Shown: positions 39,125 through 49,365 of the stretch, in pieces | Layout of the letters: every line of letters starts with the position of its first letter | How positions within the stretch are numbered: the stretch's first letter is position 1 | NCBI GenBank assembly: GCA_963744995.1 | Contig: CAVUWA010000002.1 | Location: 128,001-192,000 of the forward strand | Direction of reading: 5' to 3' | DNA: 64,000 nucleotides | From: Candidatus Eiseniibacteriota bacterium | GTDB taxonomy: Bacteria; Eisenbacteria; RBG-16-71-46 | Translations under genes and position numbers: made by a program | The notes under the pieces: model-generated | Told to the model about the DNA's origin: nothing | Seen by the model: the letters and a program-made list of their open reading frames with translations, nothing else | Databases searched by the model: none

Positions 39125-40474
39125 ATGCGCGTCATGAAATTCGGCGGCACCTCGGTGGGCCGCCCCGCCAACTTCGCCACGCTCGTCCGGCTCGTGCGCG
39201 AATGCGCGGCCGAAGGGCCGATCACCGTGGTCGTGAGCGCCATCGCCGGGGTCACCGACGAGCTGGCGCAGTTCGCGGCCGACCCGGGAACGCGCCCGCG
39301 CCTCACGGAGGCCGTCGGCGCACGGCACCTGGCGTTCGCCACCGAAACCGGCGTGCCCGCGGCCGCGCTCGAGCCACGCCTCGCCGAATGGCGGGCGTGG
39401 GCGGAGGTGCACGGCGCGGGCCCTGCGCTCACCGGCGCCGAGCGCGATCGCACGCTGGCGTTCGGCGAGCAGTTCGCGGCGGACCTGGTGGCCGCGGCGC
39501 TCCGGGAGAGCGGCGTGGAAGCGAAGGCATGGAGCGCCGGCGACGCCGGGCTCGTGACCGACGCGCGCTTCGGCGCCGCGCATCCGCTGCCCGAGGCCGA
39601 CCATCGCCTGCGCTCGTGGGCGGGCCGCGTGAAGGGCGTCGCGGTGGTCACCGGCTTCATCGGCATCGCGCTCGACGGGCGCATCACCACGCTCGGGCGC
39701 GGCGGTTCGGATTACAGCGCCGCGATCATCGGCGCGGCGATCGGCGCCGAGGAGATCCAGATCTGGACCGACACCAGCGGGCTGCTGACCGCCGATCCGC
39801 GTGTCGTTCCGGACGCCCGGCCGGTGCCGCGGCTCACGTTCGGCGAGGCCGGCGAACTCGCCTACTTCGGCGCCAAGGTGTTGCACCCGAAGACGCTGCT
39901 GCCGGCGATCGAGCACGGTATTCCGGTGCGGATCCTCAACACCGGCCGGCCCGGCGATCCCGGCACCCGGATCACCCGCGAGATCGGTGAAAGCCCCGAG
40001 CCCTGGGGCGTGCGTTCGATCGCCAGCAAGCGCGGCATCACCGCGGTCACGATCGTGTCCACGCGCATGCTGCTCGCGCACGGATTCCTGGCGAGAATCT
40101 TCGAAGTCTTCGGCCGGCACCAGATCGTCGTGGATCTGGTGACGACGTCGGAGGTCTCGATCTCGGTCACCGTGGATGACGAGACCCACCTGGGCTCCGC
40201 ACTCGACGAACTCGAGGGGACCGGTCACGTCGAGGTGAAGCGCGGCCTCGCCGTGGTCGCGGTCGTGGGAGAGCGCGCCCCGAAGAGAGTGGGTCTGGCC
40301 GGCCGGGTCTTCGACCTGCTTGGACGGGAGAACATCGTGATCGAGATGATCTCCCAGGGCGCCTCACGCGTGAACATCTCGTTCGTCGTCGCCGAGAACG
40401 ACGCCGACAGGGCAGTGCGGGCGCTGCACGCCGGGCTGGGGCTGGGGGCCATGGCGGCGACGGCGAAGCGCTGA
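39125..40474 (+). CDS. lysC: Aspartate kinase
   Basis: KFGGTSV, TTLGRGGSDYSA, IWTD, ELAYFGAKVLHP; two ACT domains. Confidence 0.95.
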   Translation: MRVMKFGGTSVGRPANFATLVRLVRECAAEGPITVVVSAIAGVTDELAQFAADPGTRPRLTEAVGARHLAFATETGVPAAALEPRLAEWRAWAEVHGAGPALTGAERDRTLAFGEQFAADLVAAALRESGVEAKAWSAGDAGLVTDARFGAAHPLPEADHRLRSWAGRVKGVAVVTGFIGIALDGRITTLGRGGSDYSAAIIGAAIGAEEIQIWTDTSGLLTADPRVVPDARPVPRLTFGEAGELAYFGAKVLHPKTLLPAIEHGIPVRILNTGRPGDPGTRITREIGESPEPWGVRSIASKRGITAVTIVSTRMLLAHGFLARIFEVFGRHQIVVDLVTTSEVSISVTVDDETHLGSALDELEGTGHVEVKRGLAVVAVVGERAPKRVGLAGRVFDLLGRENIVIEMISQGASRVNISFVVAENDADRAVRALHAGLGLGAMAATAKR

Positions 40475-40542
40475 GCCCGCATGGGGCGGGACACCACGAC
40501 GGCGTCCCGCGTCCCGCGGCGCGGCGGCCCGGGGAAACGCAC

Positions 40543-40959
40543 GTGACCGACGAAGAGCTCCTGGAACGATTCGAGCGCCAGGCCGTCCCGGCCGATGCGT
40601 GGAACCACCGCGCGCATCTGAGGGTGGCGTATCTGTACCTTCGAAGATTCGAATTCGAGACCGCGCTGCAGCGCATGCGCGCCGGAATTCGCGCCCTGAA
40701 CGCGGCACACGACGTGCCGGACTCGCGGACGTCCGGCTATCACGAGACGGTGACGCACGCCTGGCTGCGCATCCTGTCGGGCGCACTCGAGGCGCACGGC
40801 CCCGCCGCAACGTCGGCGGCCTTTCTCGATCTGCACCCGGAGCTGTCGCAAAGGACGCTGCTGCGCCGGTTCTATTCGCGCGACCGGATCATGACGCTCG
40901 AGGCGAAACGCAAGTTCGTGGCGCCGGACCTGGCGCCGCTGCCGAAACCAACGGACTGA
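40543..40959 (+). CDS. Conserved hypothetical protein
   Basis: WNHRAHLRVAY, GYHETVT, FVAPDL; globular composition. Confidence 0.75.
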   Translation: MTDEELLERFERQAVPADAWNHRAHLRVAYLYLRRFEFETALQRMRAGIRALNAAHDVPDSRTSGYHETVTHAWLRILSGALEAHGPAATSAAFLDLHPELSQRTLLRRFYSRDRIMTLEAKRKFVAPDLAPLPKPTD

Positions 40960-40979
40960 GCGCCGCCGGAATGGCTGGC

Positions 40980-41585
40980 CTACTGCGCTCCGCGCGGCTT
41001 CCGCTCGTACGTCGCGTCGAACACGCTGGTCCACATCTCGCCGCCGTCGGTCGAGACCTGGATCCACTGCCGCACCGTGCCGTCGAAGTTCGGGATGAGC
41101 GAGGTGCGGTCGAGGTAGCTGCCGCCGTCGGCACGCGTGATCTCGCCCTGGAAGCGCACGCCGCCGCCTTTGAGGTGCTCGACGAGGGTCTTCTCCTTGA
41201 GACCGCCGGGGGCGTAGGCGGACTCCGTGACCCACACCTGATGCCAGGTCTGCGCGTTCGAGTCGTAGTAGAAGAGACTCTTGCCCTCGCTGCCGTCGGC
41301 CGCGACCCAGTTCTCCATGATGGCGCAGCCTTTCAGGATCTTGACGATGCGATTGGTGCCGACGATCCGGTTGCCGGCCCTGACGGTCCAGTTGCCGAGC
41401 CAGAAGTCGAGTTCGTGGAAACCGGGATCGTCGTCGCAGGAGTGGATCTTGCGCGCTTCTGCCTGCCCTGCGCCGGATTCCGAGTCGTCGTTCTGCGCGA
41501 AGACGGTCTGCGGGCAGATGATGAGCGCGGACATCGCGATCAGCATCAGGCCCGCGAAGTGCACGAAACGTCGTGGGGTGCTCAA
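40980..41585 (-). CDS. Secreted hypothetical beta-rich protein (DUF1579-like)
   Basis: AGGAGG RBS + TTG; signal peptide; FDFWLGxW-like motif ELDFWLGNW, STDGGEMW. Confidence 0.75.
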   Translation of the reverse strand: MSTPRRFVHFAGLMLIAMSALIICPQTVFAQNDDSESGAGQAEARKIHSCDDDPGFHELDFWLGNWTVRAGNRIVGTNRIVKILKGCAIMENWVAADGSEGKSLFYYDSNAQTWHQVWVTESAYAPGGLKEKTLVEHLKGGGVRFQGEITRADGGSYLDRTSLIPNFDGTVRQWIQVSTDGGEMWTSVFDATYERKPRGAQ

Positions 41586-42031
41586 GTTCTTCCTCCTTGA
41601 ATGATCCTGGCTCCGGTGGCGGATGTGCCTTCGCGGCATGTATAGGCGAAGCGCGCACCATCATAGCCGAGTGGGCTGCAGACGGGTTCCCGCGGTCTGG
41701 CCCACACTGATCCCTCGGTCGCGCCTGGGCCCGGCCGCGACCATGTCCACGGATGGCGCGCGACGTCACGTCGCGGGCCGCGAAGCCCGGTCTGGACCCA
41801 TTATTCTTCTTGACGCGTTCGAGAGGTGCGCTTGTCCAGGCCCGGCGGCCCCGCAGGGATGGCGCCTGATCGCTCACGGCTCGTGCGCTGACGGCTCTTC
41901 GAGACGTACTTCGAAATGCGTGTGACGTCGGGCCGCGTTCTGCGCGCGGGGTCGAGCTGCGTGCGTCGAAAACGGGCGTGCTATGAAAGAGGTGCGCTCC
42001 CGCGCAACCCGCCCCCGCGGAGTGAAGTTTC

Positions 42032-43198
42032 ATGCGCGCACGTTCGCTCACCCATCTTACGAACGGAGCCCTGCTCGCGGCGCTCGATCAGGCCGAAGCC
42101 CGTGACCGCGCCGGCACGGTCGAGCTGCTGGACTATCTCGCCGAGGTCGATCGTCGCAGGCTCTACGTTCCGGCCGGCTATCCCTCCATGTTCGTCTGGT
42201 GCGTGGACGCCCGGCGCTACTCGGAGTCCATGGCCGCCCGGCGCATCGCCGCGGCCCGCGCCGCACGCCGCTTTCCGGTGATCCGGGACATGCTCGCCGA
42301 CGGGCGGCTGCACCTGAGTGCGGTCGCGCTGCTGTCGAAGAAGCTCACCCCGCGCAACGCAGCTGAGCTGCTGGCGGCGGCGACCCACAGGAGCCGGCGG
42401 CAGATCGAAGGGCTGCTGGCCGAGCGCTTCCCGCAGGCCGAGGTGCCGACGCAGGTGCACCGCCTCACGGTGGCCAGTTCTTTACCGTCACCGGTGACGG
42501 TAAATTTCTGTGCGGGGGACGCGCAGCCCGAGGGTGCACCGGCGCGGGCTGCGGCGAGCCCAGCCGAGCGCCCGGCGGATGCGCCGATGCCGGTGACACC
42601 CGCTGCACCCGCGGCTGTGCCCGCGGCTGCACCCGCGCGGCAGGGGCGGGTCACGCCGCTCGCGCCACAGCGCTTCGGCGTTCAGTTCACGATGGACGAG
42701 GCGATGCACGCGGATCTCGTTCGCGCACAGGAGCTGCTGGGACCGCAGGCGGGCGAGGACCGGGTGCGCGAGATCTTCAGTCGCGCGCTGCGCGAGCTGG
42801 TGACGAAGCTCGAGAAGACCAGATTCGCGGCGACGTCCAGGCCGAACGCCGCCTCCGGGGCGCCCGGCGGGACTTCCAGCTCCCGCCACGTCCCCGCCGC
42901 CATCAGGCGCGAAGTCTGGGCGCGCGACCAGGGCCGCTGCACGTTCGTGGCGGCGAACGGCCGGCGCTGCGAGGCGCGCGGGAAGCTCGAGTTCGACCAC
43001 GTCGTCCCGGTCGCCAGGGGCGGCCGCACCACGGTCCAGAACCTGCGGCTGCTGTGCCGCGCGCACAATCAGTTCGAGGCCGGACAGATCTTCGGCGAGG
43101 GCTTCATGCACGAGATCCGGGAGCGCGCGCGGTGGGCGCTGGAAGTTCGAAGCGCACGCGCCGGGAGCGGCGCGTTCAGCGCTTCGCCACCGGGATGA
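42032..43198 (+). CDS. HNH endonuclease with DUF222-like N-terminal region
   Basis: LAEVDRRRLY...GYPSMF N-terminus; RDQGRC...C...EFDHVVP...GG...NLRLLCRAHN HNH motif. Confidence 0.88.
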   Translation: MRARSLTHLTNGALLAALDQAEARDRAGTVELLDYLAEVDRRRLYVPAGYPSMFVWCVDARRYSESMAARRIAAARAARRFPVIRDMLADGRLHLSAVALLSKKLTPRNAAELLAAATHRSRRQIEGLLAERFPQAEVPTQVHRLTVASSLPSPVTVNFCAGDAQPEGAPARAAASPAERPADAPMPVTPAAPAAVPAAAPARQGRVTPLAPQRFGVQFTMDEAMHADLVRAQELLGPQAGEDRVREIFSRALRELVTKLEKTRFAATSRPNAASGAPGGTSSSRHVPAAIRREVWARDQGRCTFVAANGRRCEARGKLEFDHVVPVARGGRTTVQNLRLLCRAHNQFEAGQIFGEGFMHEIRERARWALEVRSARAGSGAFSASPPG

Positions 43199-43580
43199 CC
43201 AGCTTGAGGCCACTCAGGGTCTCGGAGAACGCCATGACTTTGACGTCCACCAGCCCATGGCGCAGCGCGGCCGAACGCACCATGTCGCCCTTGATGTGCG
43301 ACATGCCTTTCGGCCAGATCGCCCAGATCATGCCGTTGCGCTTGATGCTGCTCTGAAGTTTGTCGAGTCGTGCAAGCGCCTTCGGCCCGTCGACGCCGAC
43401 GAGAATCATGTCGCTTTCTTTCCGGGCCCGGGACGTCGCGATGTCGTCGGTGCGCGTGCGCAGTTCCTTCAGAATCCAGGGGTCCGAAAGACTCAGGACG
43501 GCCACCCGCATGCCGGGCTTCACGCCGAGCTTGTCCAGGCGGCTGCGCTGCGAATAACCGGCTCGGGGAGCAGGGCTCAT
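43176..43580 (-). CDS. DUF3052-like protein
   Basis: GYSQRSRLDKLGVK, IWAIWPK, GLVDVKV. Confidence 0.8.
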   Translation of the reverse strand: MSPAPRAGYSQRSRLDKLGVKPGMRVAVLSLSDPWILKELRTRTDDIATSRARKESDMILVGVDGPKALARLDKLQSSIKRNGMIWAIWPKGMSHIKGDMVRSAALRHGLVDVKVMAFSETLSGLKLVIPVAKR

Positions 43581-43631
43581 GATTCCACGCTCCTGAAAGC
43601 ACTCGCCAGGACGAGGCTCACGAAAGTGCGC

Positions 43632-44948
43632 TCAAGCGCCGAGTATTGCACGGCGCGCCTCTTTCGCAAGCTTTCCGGGCGTCACGCGGCCCAGTTTCAC
43701 ATCCGGCGCGCCCGTGAACATTCCGAGCGAGCGCAGCGCATCGCCGAGCCCCTGCAGCGCATAGCCGCGGTCCACCCGGCCCCAGGCCGCCGCAGGCGGG
43801 ACTTCGCCGCGTGCGAACCAGGGCTCGAAGTGCACGGCTTTGACTTCCAGACGCGCGCTCTGACGATTGGCCTTCACGTCGGCCCGCCCGATGAAGTGTC
43901 CGTCGGCCAGGATCGGCAGCACGTAGTAGCCATAGATGCGTTTCGGCTGCGGGACGTAGACCTCGATCCGGTAGTCGAAGCCGAAGAGCTTCGCAACACG
44001 CTCCCGATGCCACATGAACGAGTCGAACGGCGCCAGCAGCGTGATGCCGGAGGAGGCACGGCGCCGTCGTCCGGCGGCGGCGAGCGCCTCCAGGTCTTCG
44101 GCGAGGCACAGCCACCGCCCGCGATCGCCGCCGAGGGCGATCTCGACCACCTCGCCGCTCGCGAGCATCTCGCGCAGGGCGCGCTGCCGCCTCGGCCGGG
44201 GAATCCGGGGGAAGGTGAGATAGAGCCTGAGCTCGGCCTCCTGCGCGGCGCCCATGGCATGCAACGAAGTCCTGATATGCCAGCGCAGAAAAGCAGGCTC
44301 TTCCAGAGCGGCCGCCTGCAGCGCCTCCGGCATGAGACGCTCGGCCAGGTCGTAGCGCTTCTGAAAGTGTTTGCGTGAATGCACGATGAACCGGCCGGAG
44401 CGCCACAGATAGTCCAGCGCGTACGCGGCGGGCTTCCAGTTCCACCAGCCGCCGGTGGTGCCGGGAGCGTGCTCGAAGTCGGCCGTGCCCATCGGGCCGT
44501 TGTCGCGAACCGCGGTTTCGACGGCTGCGAGCGTCTTCTGGTTCTTCTTCGCCCAGCGTGCCCACGCGGGGTACGTGTGGCGCTCGATCATCGCGCGGCG
44601 CCAGGCCGGAAAGTGCGACGTTGGCACCAGACATGCGGCGTGCGCCCAGTACTCGAACAGCTCGCGACGCCGGTAGGCGAGGCGGTCCAGCGCCGCCCGG
44701 TTGTAGAGATCGAACCGGCTCCAGACCGTCAGGTAGTGCGCGCGATCGATCACGTTGATCGAGTCGAGCTGCAGGCCGCCGGCATCTTCGACGAACGCGA
44801 GCAGACGCCTGGACGAGAAGCGCCGCCCGCGCGGGCGGGTGAGGTGCTGGCGCTCGAGGAACAGCGCGGCGGCGGCACGCCGCGTGAACGTGGGTGTGAC
44901 GGAGCGGGGCGCCGGGGCCGGGCGTCGTGGCCTCGCCGCCAGGGTCAC
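43632..44948 (-). CDS. ycaQ: YcaQ/AlkZ-family (HTH_42) crosslink-repair DNA glycosylase
   Basis: LQLDSINVIDRAHY (QxD), FEYWAH, LLAPFD, FDYRIEVY, YGYYVLPIL; GTGA overlap with glcF. Confidence 0.9.
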   Translation of the reverse strand: MTLAARPRRPAPAPRSVTPTFTRRAAAALFLERQHLTRPRGRRFSSRRLLAFVEDAGGLQLDSINVIDRAHYLTVWSRFDLYNRAALDRLAYRRRELFEYWAHAACLVPTSHFPAWRRAMIERHTYPAWARWAKKNQKTLAAVETAVRDNGPMGTADFEHAPGTTGGWWNWKPAAYALDYLWRSGRFIVHSRKHFQKRYDLAERLMPEALQAAALEEPAFLRWHIRTSLHAMGAAQEAELRLYLTFPRIPRPRRQRALREMLASGEVVEIALGGDRGRWLCLAEDLEALAAAGRRRRASSGITLLAPFDSFMWHRERVAKLFGFDYRIEVYVPQPKRIYGYYVLPILADGHFIGRADVKANRQSARLEVKAVHFEPWFARGEVPPAAAWGRVDRGYALQGLGDALRSLGMFTGAPDVKLGRVTPGKLAKEARRAILGA

Positions 44949-46339
44949 CGCGCGGGCCACGCGCGGGCGATCACGTCGGCCAGATGCTCGATCGGCGCGC
45001 GCATGCCGCGCGCCCGCGCGCCGCGTGACATGTGCATGGCGCAGCCGGGGTTGGACGCGACGACCACGTCCGGGTGCACGGCCTCGATCGACTCCAGCTT
45101 GTGCTGCAATTGCGCTTCGGCCATGTCGGGCTGTGTCAGGTTGTAGATGCCCGCGCTGCCGCAGCAATGGTCCGAATTCGGAAGATCGACGAGCTCGACG
45201 CCCGGCAGCGAGGCGAGCAGGCGCCTCGGTGCGGCGCGAACTCGCTGTGCGTGCGCCAGATGACATGGATCGTGATAGCCCACGCGCAGCGCCTGCGCAC
45301 CGTCGCGCGGCGAGCGCAGCGGCGCCGCCGGTTCCGGCAGGCCGACACGCTCCAGCGCCTCGGCGAAATCCAGGACCTGCGAGGAGAACGCAGCGGCAGC
45401 GGCCGCATCCGGAACATCGTGCAGCAGATGCCCGGCATCCCGCAGTGCGGCGCCGCAGCCGGCCGAATGCGTGACGACGGCGTCGCACTCGAAGCGTCCG
45501 AATTGCGCGATGTTCGCCCGCGCGAGCGTCCTGGCTTCGCGTCTGAGGCCGGAGTGTGCGTGCAGCGCGCCGCAGCAGGTCTGCCCCTTCGGCACGATCA
45601 CCCGGGCGCCGGCGATCACCAGCAGCCGGATCGCGTTGCGCGTCGTGGAAGGCTGCATCACGTCCATGACGCAGGTCGTGAAGAACGCGAAGCGCGCCCG
45701 GGCAGTGCCCGCCGGATGGAACACCAGCGCGTCGGCGCGATCTTCGAAGCGCGCTCCGTGGGGCAGGTCGCGCGCCGCGCGCGCCGGGTCGCGTTCCCGC
45801 CTCGGCGGAACGGGCGGCGTCATGTCCCATCCCTGCAGGGCAAAGCGCGGCAACAGGCGCCGCGCGAGGCCGGACTTCATGAACGCGGCGATCGGCGCGC
45901 TCTGCCCGAGGCGCAGCAGATCGCCGGCGAGATGCATTCTCGAGCGATGCGGAAACACGTCGCGCAGCATCCACTCACCGAGCAGCCTGAGCGGCGTGCC
46001 GCGCCGCACGCGGCGGTGGAGCTGCCCGCGCGTCGCTTCGAGCATGCGGCTGTACGGAACTCCCGCCGGACACACGGTTTCGCAGGCGCGGCAGTCCAGA
46101 CAGAGATCCAGATGTCCGACCAGCGGATCCGAAGGCTGGATCCGGCCCTCGGCGAGGCCGCGCATCAGGTAGATGCGGCCGCGCGGCGAGTCCGGCTCCT
46201 GTTTGAGTTCACGGTACGTGGGGCACGCCGTCAGGCACAGGCCGCAGTGGATGCAGGTATGGAGGTCCGGAAGCGCCGGGGCATCCTCGGCGTCGAACCA
46301 CGATGGCGCGTGCGACGTCTGTACGGGGTTCACGGTCAC
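44945..46339 (-). CDS. glcF: Glycolate oxidase Fe-S subunit-like (Fe-S) oxidoreductase
   Basis: CIHCGLCLTACP, CLDCRACETVCP, two CCG domains, YHDPCHL. Confidence 0.9.
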   Translation of the reverse strand: MTVNPVQTSHAPSWFDAEDAPALPDLHTCIHCGLCLTACPTYRELKQEPDSPRGRIYLMRGLAEGRIQPSDPLVGHLDLCLDCRACETVCPAGVPYSRMLEATRGQLHRRVRRGTPLRLLGEWMLRDVFPHRSRMHLAGDLLRLGQSAPIAAFMKSGLARRLLPRFALQGWDMTPPVPPRRERDPARAARDLPHGARFEDRADALVFHPAGTARARFAFFTTCVMDVMQPSTTRNAIRLLVIAGARVIVPKGQTCCGALHAHSGLRREARTLARANIAQFGRFECDAVVTHSAGCGAALRDAGHLLHDVPDAAAAAAFSSQVLDFAEALERVGLPEPAAPLRSPRDGAQALRVGYHDPCHLAHAQRVRAAPRRLLASLPGVELVDLPNSDHCCGSAGIYNLTQPDMAEAQLQHKLESIEAVHPDVVVASNPGCAMHMSRGARARGMRAPIEHLADVIARAWPAR

Positions 46340-46649
46340 GCAGCATAGCATCGGCTCGCGTTGGTCGCGGAGCAGGCCGCGGGCACGTGCCACGGGTGGC
46401 CGGGGCGCCCGAGACCGATGCATGGTGCCGGGCACGAGCGAAATACCGGTCGTCCCGGTCCAGCACGTGCACGATGGGCTCAGGAGACCTGCACGCCGTC
46501 GACGACTTCGGTTGCGAGATCCACCGCGACTGGATCCGTGCCGTTCCCGGCGCATCGGTGGAGCGTCTGTGCGACAGGTTCCATCCGGTCGCGCACGGGC
46601 GTGGGGGTGCCGGAGCCGGAGCGGGTAGAGCGCGGGGCGGCGCGCCGGT

Positions 46650-47546
46650 TCACGGCACCGAAAGGTCCATCCCGCTCGTCAGGAACACCAGCGCGTCCGG
46701 AAACCGCAGCCCCCACGAACGCGGCGTGTGATCCTGATCCCTGCCGATGACGAGCAGCAGATTCTGGCCGTCCACGAAGCCCTGCTGCAGGGCGACGTCG
46801 TGCATGCGCAACGCCTGGAAGAGGTTGTCGTAGCCGTCTCCCGAGTCGAGATAGAGACGGCTGAGCTCCGGGCGCCGGCTCTCGACGAAATTCCAGAACG
46901 CCCGGCCGCTCCAGCCATAGCTGCCGGAGAAGCCGCCGATGCGACCGAACACGTGATCGTACCGATAGCCCGCGTAGACGGAGATCAGTCCACCCAGCGA
47001 CGACCCGGCGATCATCGTGTGATCCGGATCGGTCAACGTGGGGAAATAGCGGTCGATGGCCGGCTTCAGGTGATCGATGATCGCCCGCACGTACTCGTCA
47101 CCGCCGCCTTCGGCTCCCGAGCCGTAGTCATACGGGAACGGCGTGTACTCGTGAAGTCGATCCGCGCTCTTGATCGCGACGACGAGTAACGGCGGGACCA
47201 GGCCCCCGCTGATCAGGCTGTCGAGCGAGGTCTCGAGGTGCCACGTCGAGCCGCCGGGGGGATCCGGCCCCCACAATTCCTGGCCGTCGTGCATGTAGAG
47301 CACCGGATAGCGACCGTGCGCCGGCGCGTAGCCGGGCGGCAGATAGACCCAGCAGGTGCGGCCGTCGAGGAAATCGGGCACGTGGATTTCGCGCAGGCGT
47401 GAGGACTGGGGCAGCGCGCTGCCGCCCGCGCCGACGAGGATCGGCTCGAACAGGCGCGGCTTGCCGCTCGAGCAGCCGACCGCCGTCACGAGGAGCAGGG
47501 CGGCCAGCGCCAGGCGCAAACTCGAACTCGACAGGGTTCTTCGCAC
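46650..47546 (-). CDS. Alpha/beta hydrolase (esterase) lipoprotein
   Basis: Lipobox AVGC; VYLPPGY, YPVLYMHDGQ, GSSLGG nucleophile elbow. Confidence 0.88.
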   Translation of the reverse strand: MRRTLSSSSLRLALAALLLVTAVGCSSGKPRLFEPILVGAGGSALPQSSRLREIHVPDFLDGRTCWVYLPPGYAPAHGRYPVLYMHDGQELWGPDPPGGSTWHLETSLDSLISGGLVPPLLVVAIKSADRLHEYTPFPYDYGSGAEGGGDEYVRAIIDHLKPAIDRYFPTLTDPDHTMIAGSSLGGLISVYAGYRYDHVFGRIGGFSGSYGWSGRAFWNFVESRRPELSRLYLDSGDGYDNLFQALRMHDVALQQGFVDGQNLLLVIGRDQDHTPRSWGLRFPDALVFLTSGMDLSVP

Positions 47547-47669
47547 GGCGCATTCCTGAACGGGTATGCCCGGATGACTGCTACAGTCATGCCGAACCGG
47601 GTGCGAAGAGCTTACGCCGGTGACGGGGCGCGCTCAATGGGAGCAGATCGCTCGAATGTGGAGGCCGTG

Positions 47670-48269
47670 GTGCGACGGTATGCGATGGGAGTGGGCCTGG
47701 TGCTGTGCGCCGCGCTGGCGGCGCCCGTTCACGCCGCCGAGTGGAGCCTCGGGGCGACGGGCGGCTTCAACTACTACGCAACGAGCGAAGGCGGTCGGCA
47801 GAGCTTCGGCACCGGACTGCCGTTTGCCGGACCTTCGCTGGAGTTCCAGCCCGCGCTGCGCCTGGAAGCGCGGGGCCGGCGATCACGGCACGCCTTTGCC
47901 GTCGACTTCGGGCTCGGTTTCCAGGGTCTCGAGGCCACGTTCGCGACGCGCAGCGCCGTCGCGGTGGGCAGTCTGCTCCACGCATTTGGGGAGGGTCGTG
48001 GTGTCGCGGCGTTCGCGAGCCTCGAAGGCGGGGTCGGCTATTTCAGCTACGAGGATCTCACCCGCATCGGCCCCGGGCGCGTGAGCGGCGCGAGTGCGCT
48101 CTACGGCGGCGGACTCGGCCTGTTCCACCGCATGAAGAACGGTCACGGCCGGGTTCGCTTCGAGCTCCGCTACCTGCGCGTCGGCGGCGCCACCGACCAC
48201 GGCCTGGTCATCGTTCCGCGCGGCCATTCGGCCGGCGCGCTGGCGGGGTTCGATCTGCTTCTGAACTAG
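47670..48269 (+). CDS. Probable outer-membrane beta-barrel protein
   Basis: Signal peptide ending VHA; alternating beta strands; RFELRY; terminal GFDLLLN. Confidence 0.65.
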   Translation: MRRYAMGVGLVLCAALAAPVHAAEWSLGATGGFNYYATSEGGRQSFGTGLPFAGPSLEFQPALRLEARGRRSRHAFAVDFGLGFQGLEATFATRSAVAVGSLLHAFGEGRGVAAFASLEGGVGYFSYEDLTRIGPGRVSGASALYGGGLGLFHRMKNGHGRVRFELRYLRVGGATDHGLVIVPRGHSAGALAGFDLLLN

Positions 48270-48315
48270 GGATCCGGTCGCCGGCGGATTCGAGACCGGG
48301 GGCATGTGAGCGTTT

Positions 48316-49341
48316 CTACGGCACCAGCACGACCTTCCCGAAGTGCTGCCGCGCCTCGATGCGCTCGTGCGCACGAGGCGCGTCTTTCAGCGGCACGACC
48401 GAGTCCACCACGGGTTTCAGCTCGCCCGTGCGCACGAACTTCAGCGCCTCCACGAGATCCGCGGCGCGACCCATCCACGAGCCCAGCAGCGTGAGGTGGC
48501 GGCCGAACAGCAGGTTCAGGTCGAGCGCAACCTTTGCGCCTGCGGTTGCGCCGCAGGTGACGAGTCTTCCGTTGCGGGTGAGGCCTTTCACAGCCTGCTC
48601 GAACACCGGGCCGCCGACGTGCTCGAATACCACGTCCACCCCCTTCTTCCCGGTCAGCCGCCGCGCCTCGGCGCCGACGTCGGCCGCATCGTGCCGGATC
48701 GTCTCGTGCGCGCCGAGCGCACGGGCACGCTCGAGCTTCGCGTCGCTGCCGGCGGTGGCGATCACCCGCGCGCCGTGCAGCCGCGCGATCTGGATCGCCG
48801 CGCTGCCGACGCCGCTGCCCGCACCGATCACCAGCACGTCCTCGCCGGGGCGCACGTTCGCGCGGGTGACGAGCATGTGCCAGGCGGTGAGGAACACGAG
48901 CGGCACCGCCGCGGCCTCCTCCCACGACAGGTTCCCGGGGAACGGCAGGCAGTTCCTGCCCGGCACCGCGACCTGCTCGGCGTAGCCGCCGTTGCGCCGC
49001 CGGCCGAGGACGTCGTAGTCGCGGCACAGGTGGTCGTCGCCCGCGCGGCACGCGTCGCAGGTCCCGCACGAGAGCGTCGGATTGATCAGCACCCGGTCGC
49101 CCGTATTCACGTGCCGCACCGTGCTGCCGACTTCCGCCGCGATGCCGACGACGTCGTTGCCGAGCACGTGCGGCATCGCGACGTCGAGTCCGAGCCCGGA
49201 TCGCACCCAGAGATCCAGATGATTGATGCCGCAGGCCTTCACCTGAACACGCACCTCGTCGGGTGCAATGACGGGGTCCGGCACCTCGCGGAGTTCGAGG
49301 ACTTCGGGGCCGCCGTGATTCTCGAAGACGACGGCCTTCAA
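48316..49341 (-). CDS. Zinc-binding alcohol dehydrogenase / MDR family
   Basis: CGINHLD, CGTCDAC...C structural Zn site, GAGSGVG, HFGKVVL. Confidence 0.92.
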   Translation of the reverse strand: MKAVVFENHGGPEVLELREVPDPVIAPDEVRVQVKACGINHLDLWVRSGLGLDVAMPHVLGNDVVGIAAEVGSTVRHVNTGDRVLINPTLSCGTCDACRAGDDHLCRDYDVLGRRRNGGYAEQVAVPGRNCLPFPGNLSWEEAAAVPLVFLTAWHMLVTRANVRPGEDVLVIGAGSGVGSAAIQIARLHGARVIATAGSDAKLERARALGAHETIRHDAADVGAEARRLTGKKGVDVVFEHVGGPVFEQAVKGLTRNGRLVTCGATAGAKVALDLNLLFGRHLTLLGSWMGRAADLVEALKFVRTGELKPVVDSVVPLKDAPRAHERIEARQHFGKVVLVP

Positions 49342-49365
49342 GGGACGAGCCTCCGAACCCGCCGG

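Noticed and set aside
43632..45974. 780-aa ORF suggesting a long N-terminal extension of YcaQ
   Set aside because: The extension overlaps glcF in another frame; the real start is likely GTG 44948, coupled to the glcF stop.
46340..46650. Short ORFs between glcF and the esterase
   Set aside because: No RBS, motif or convincing composition.
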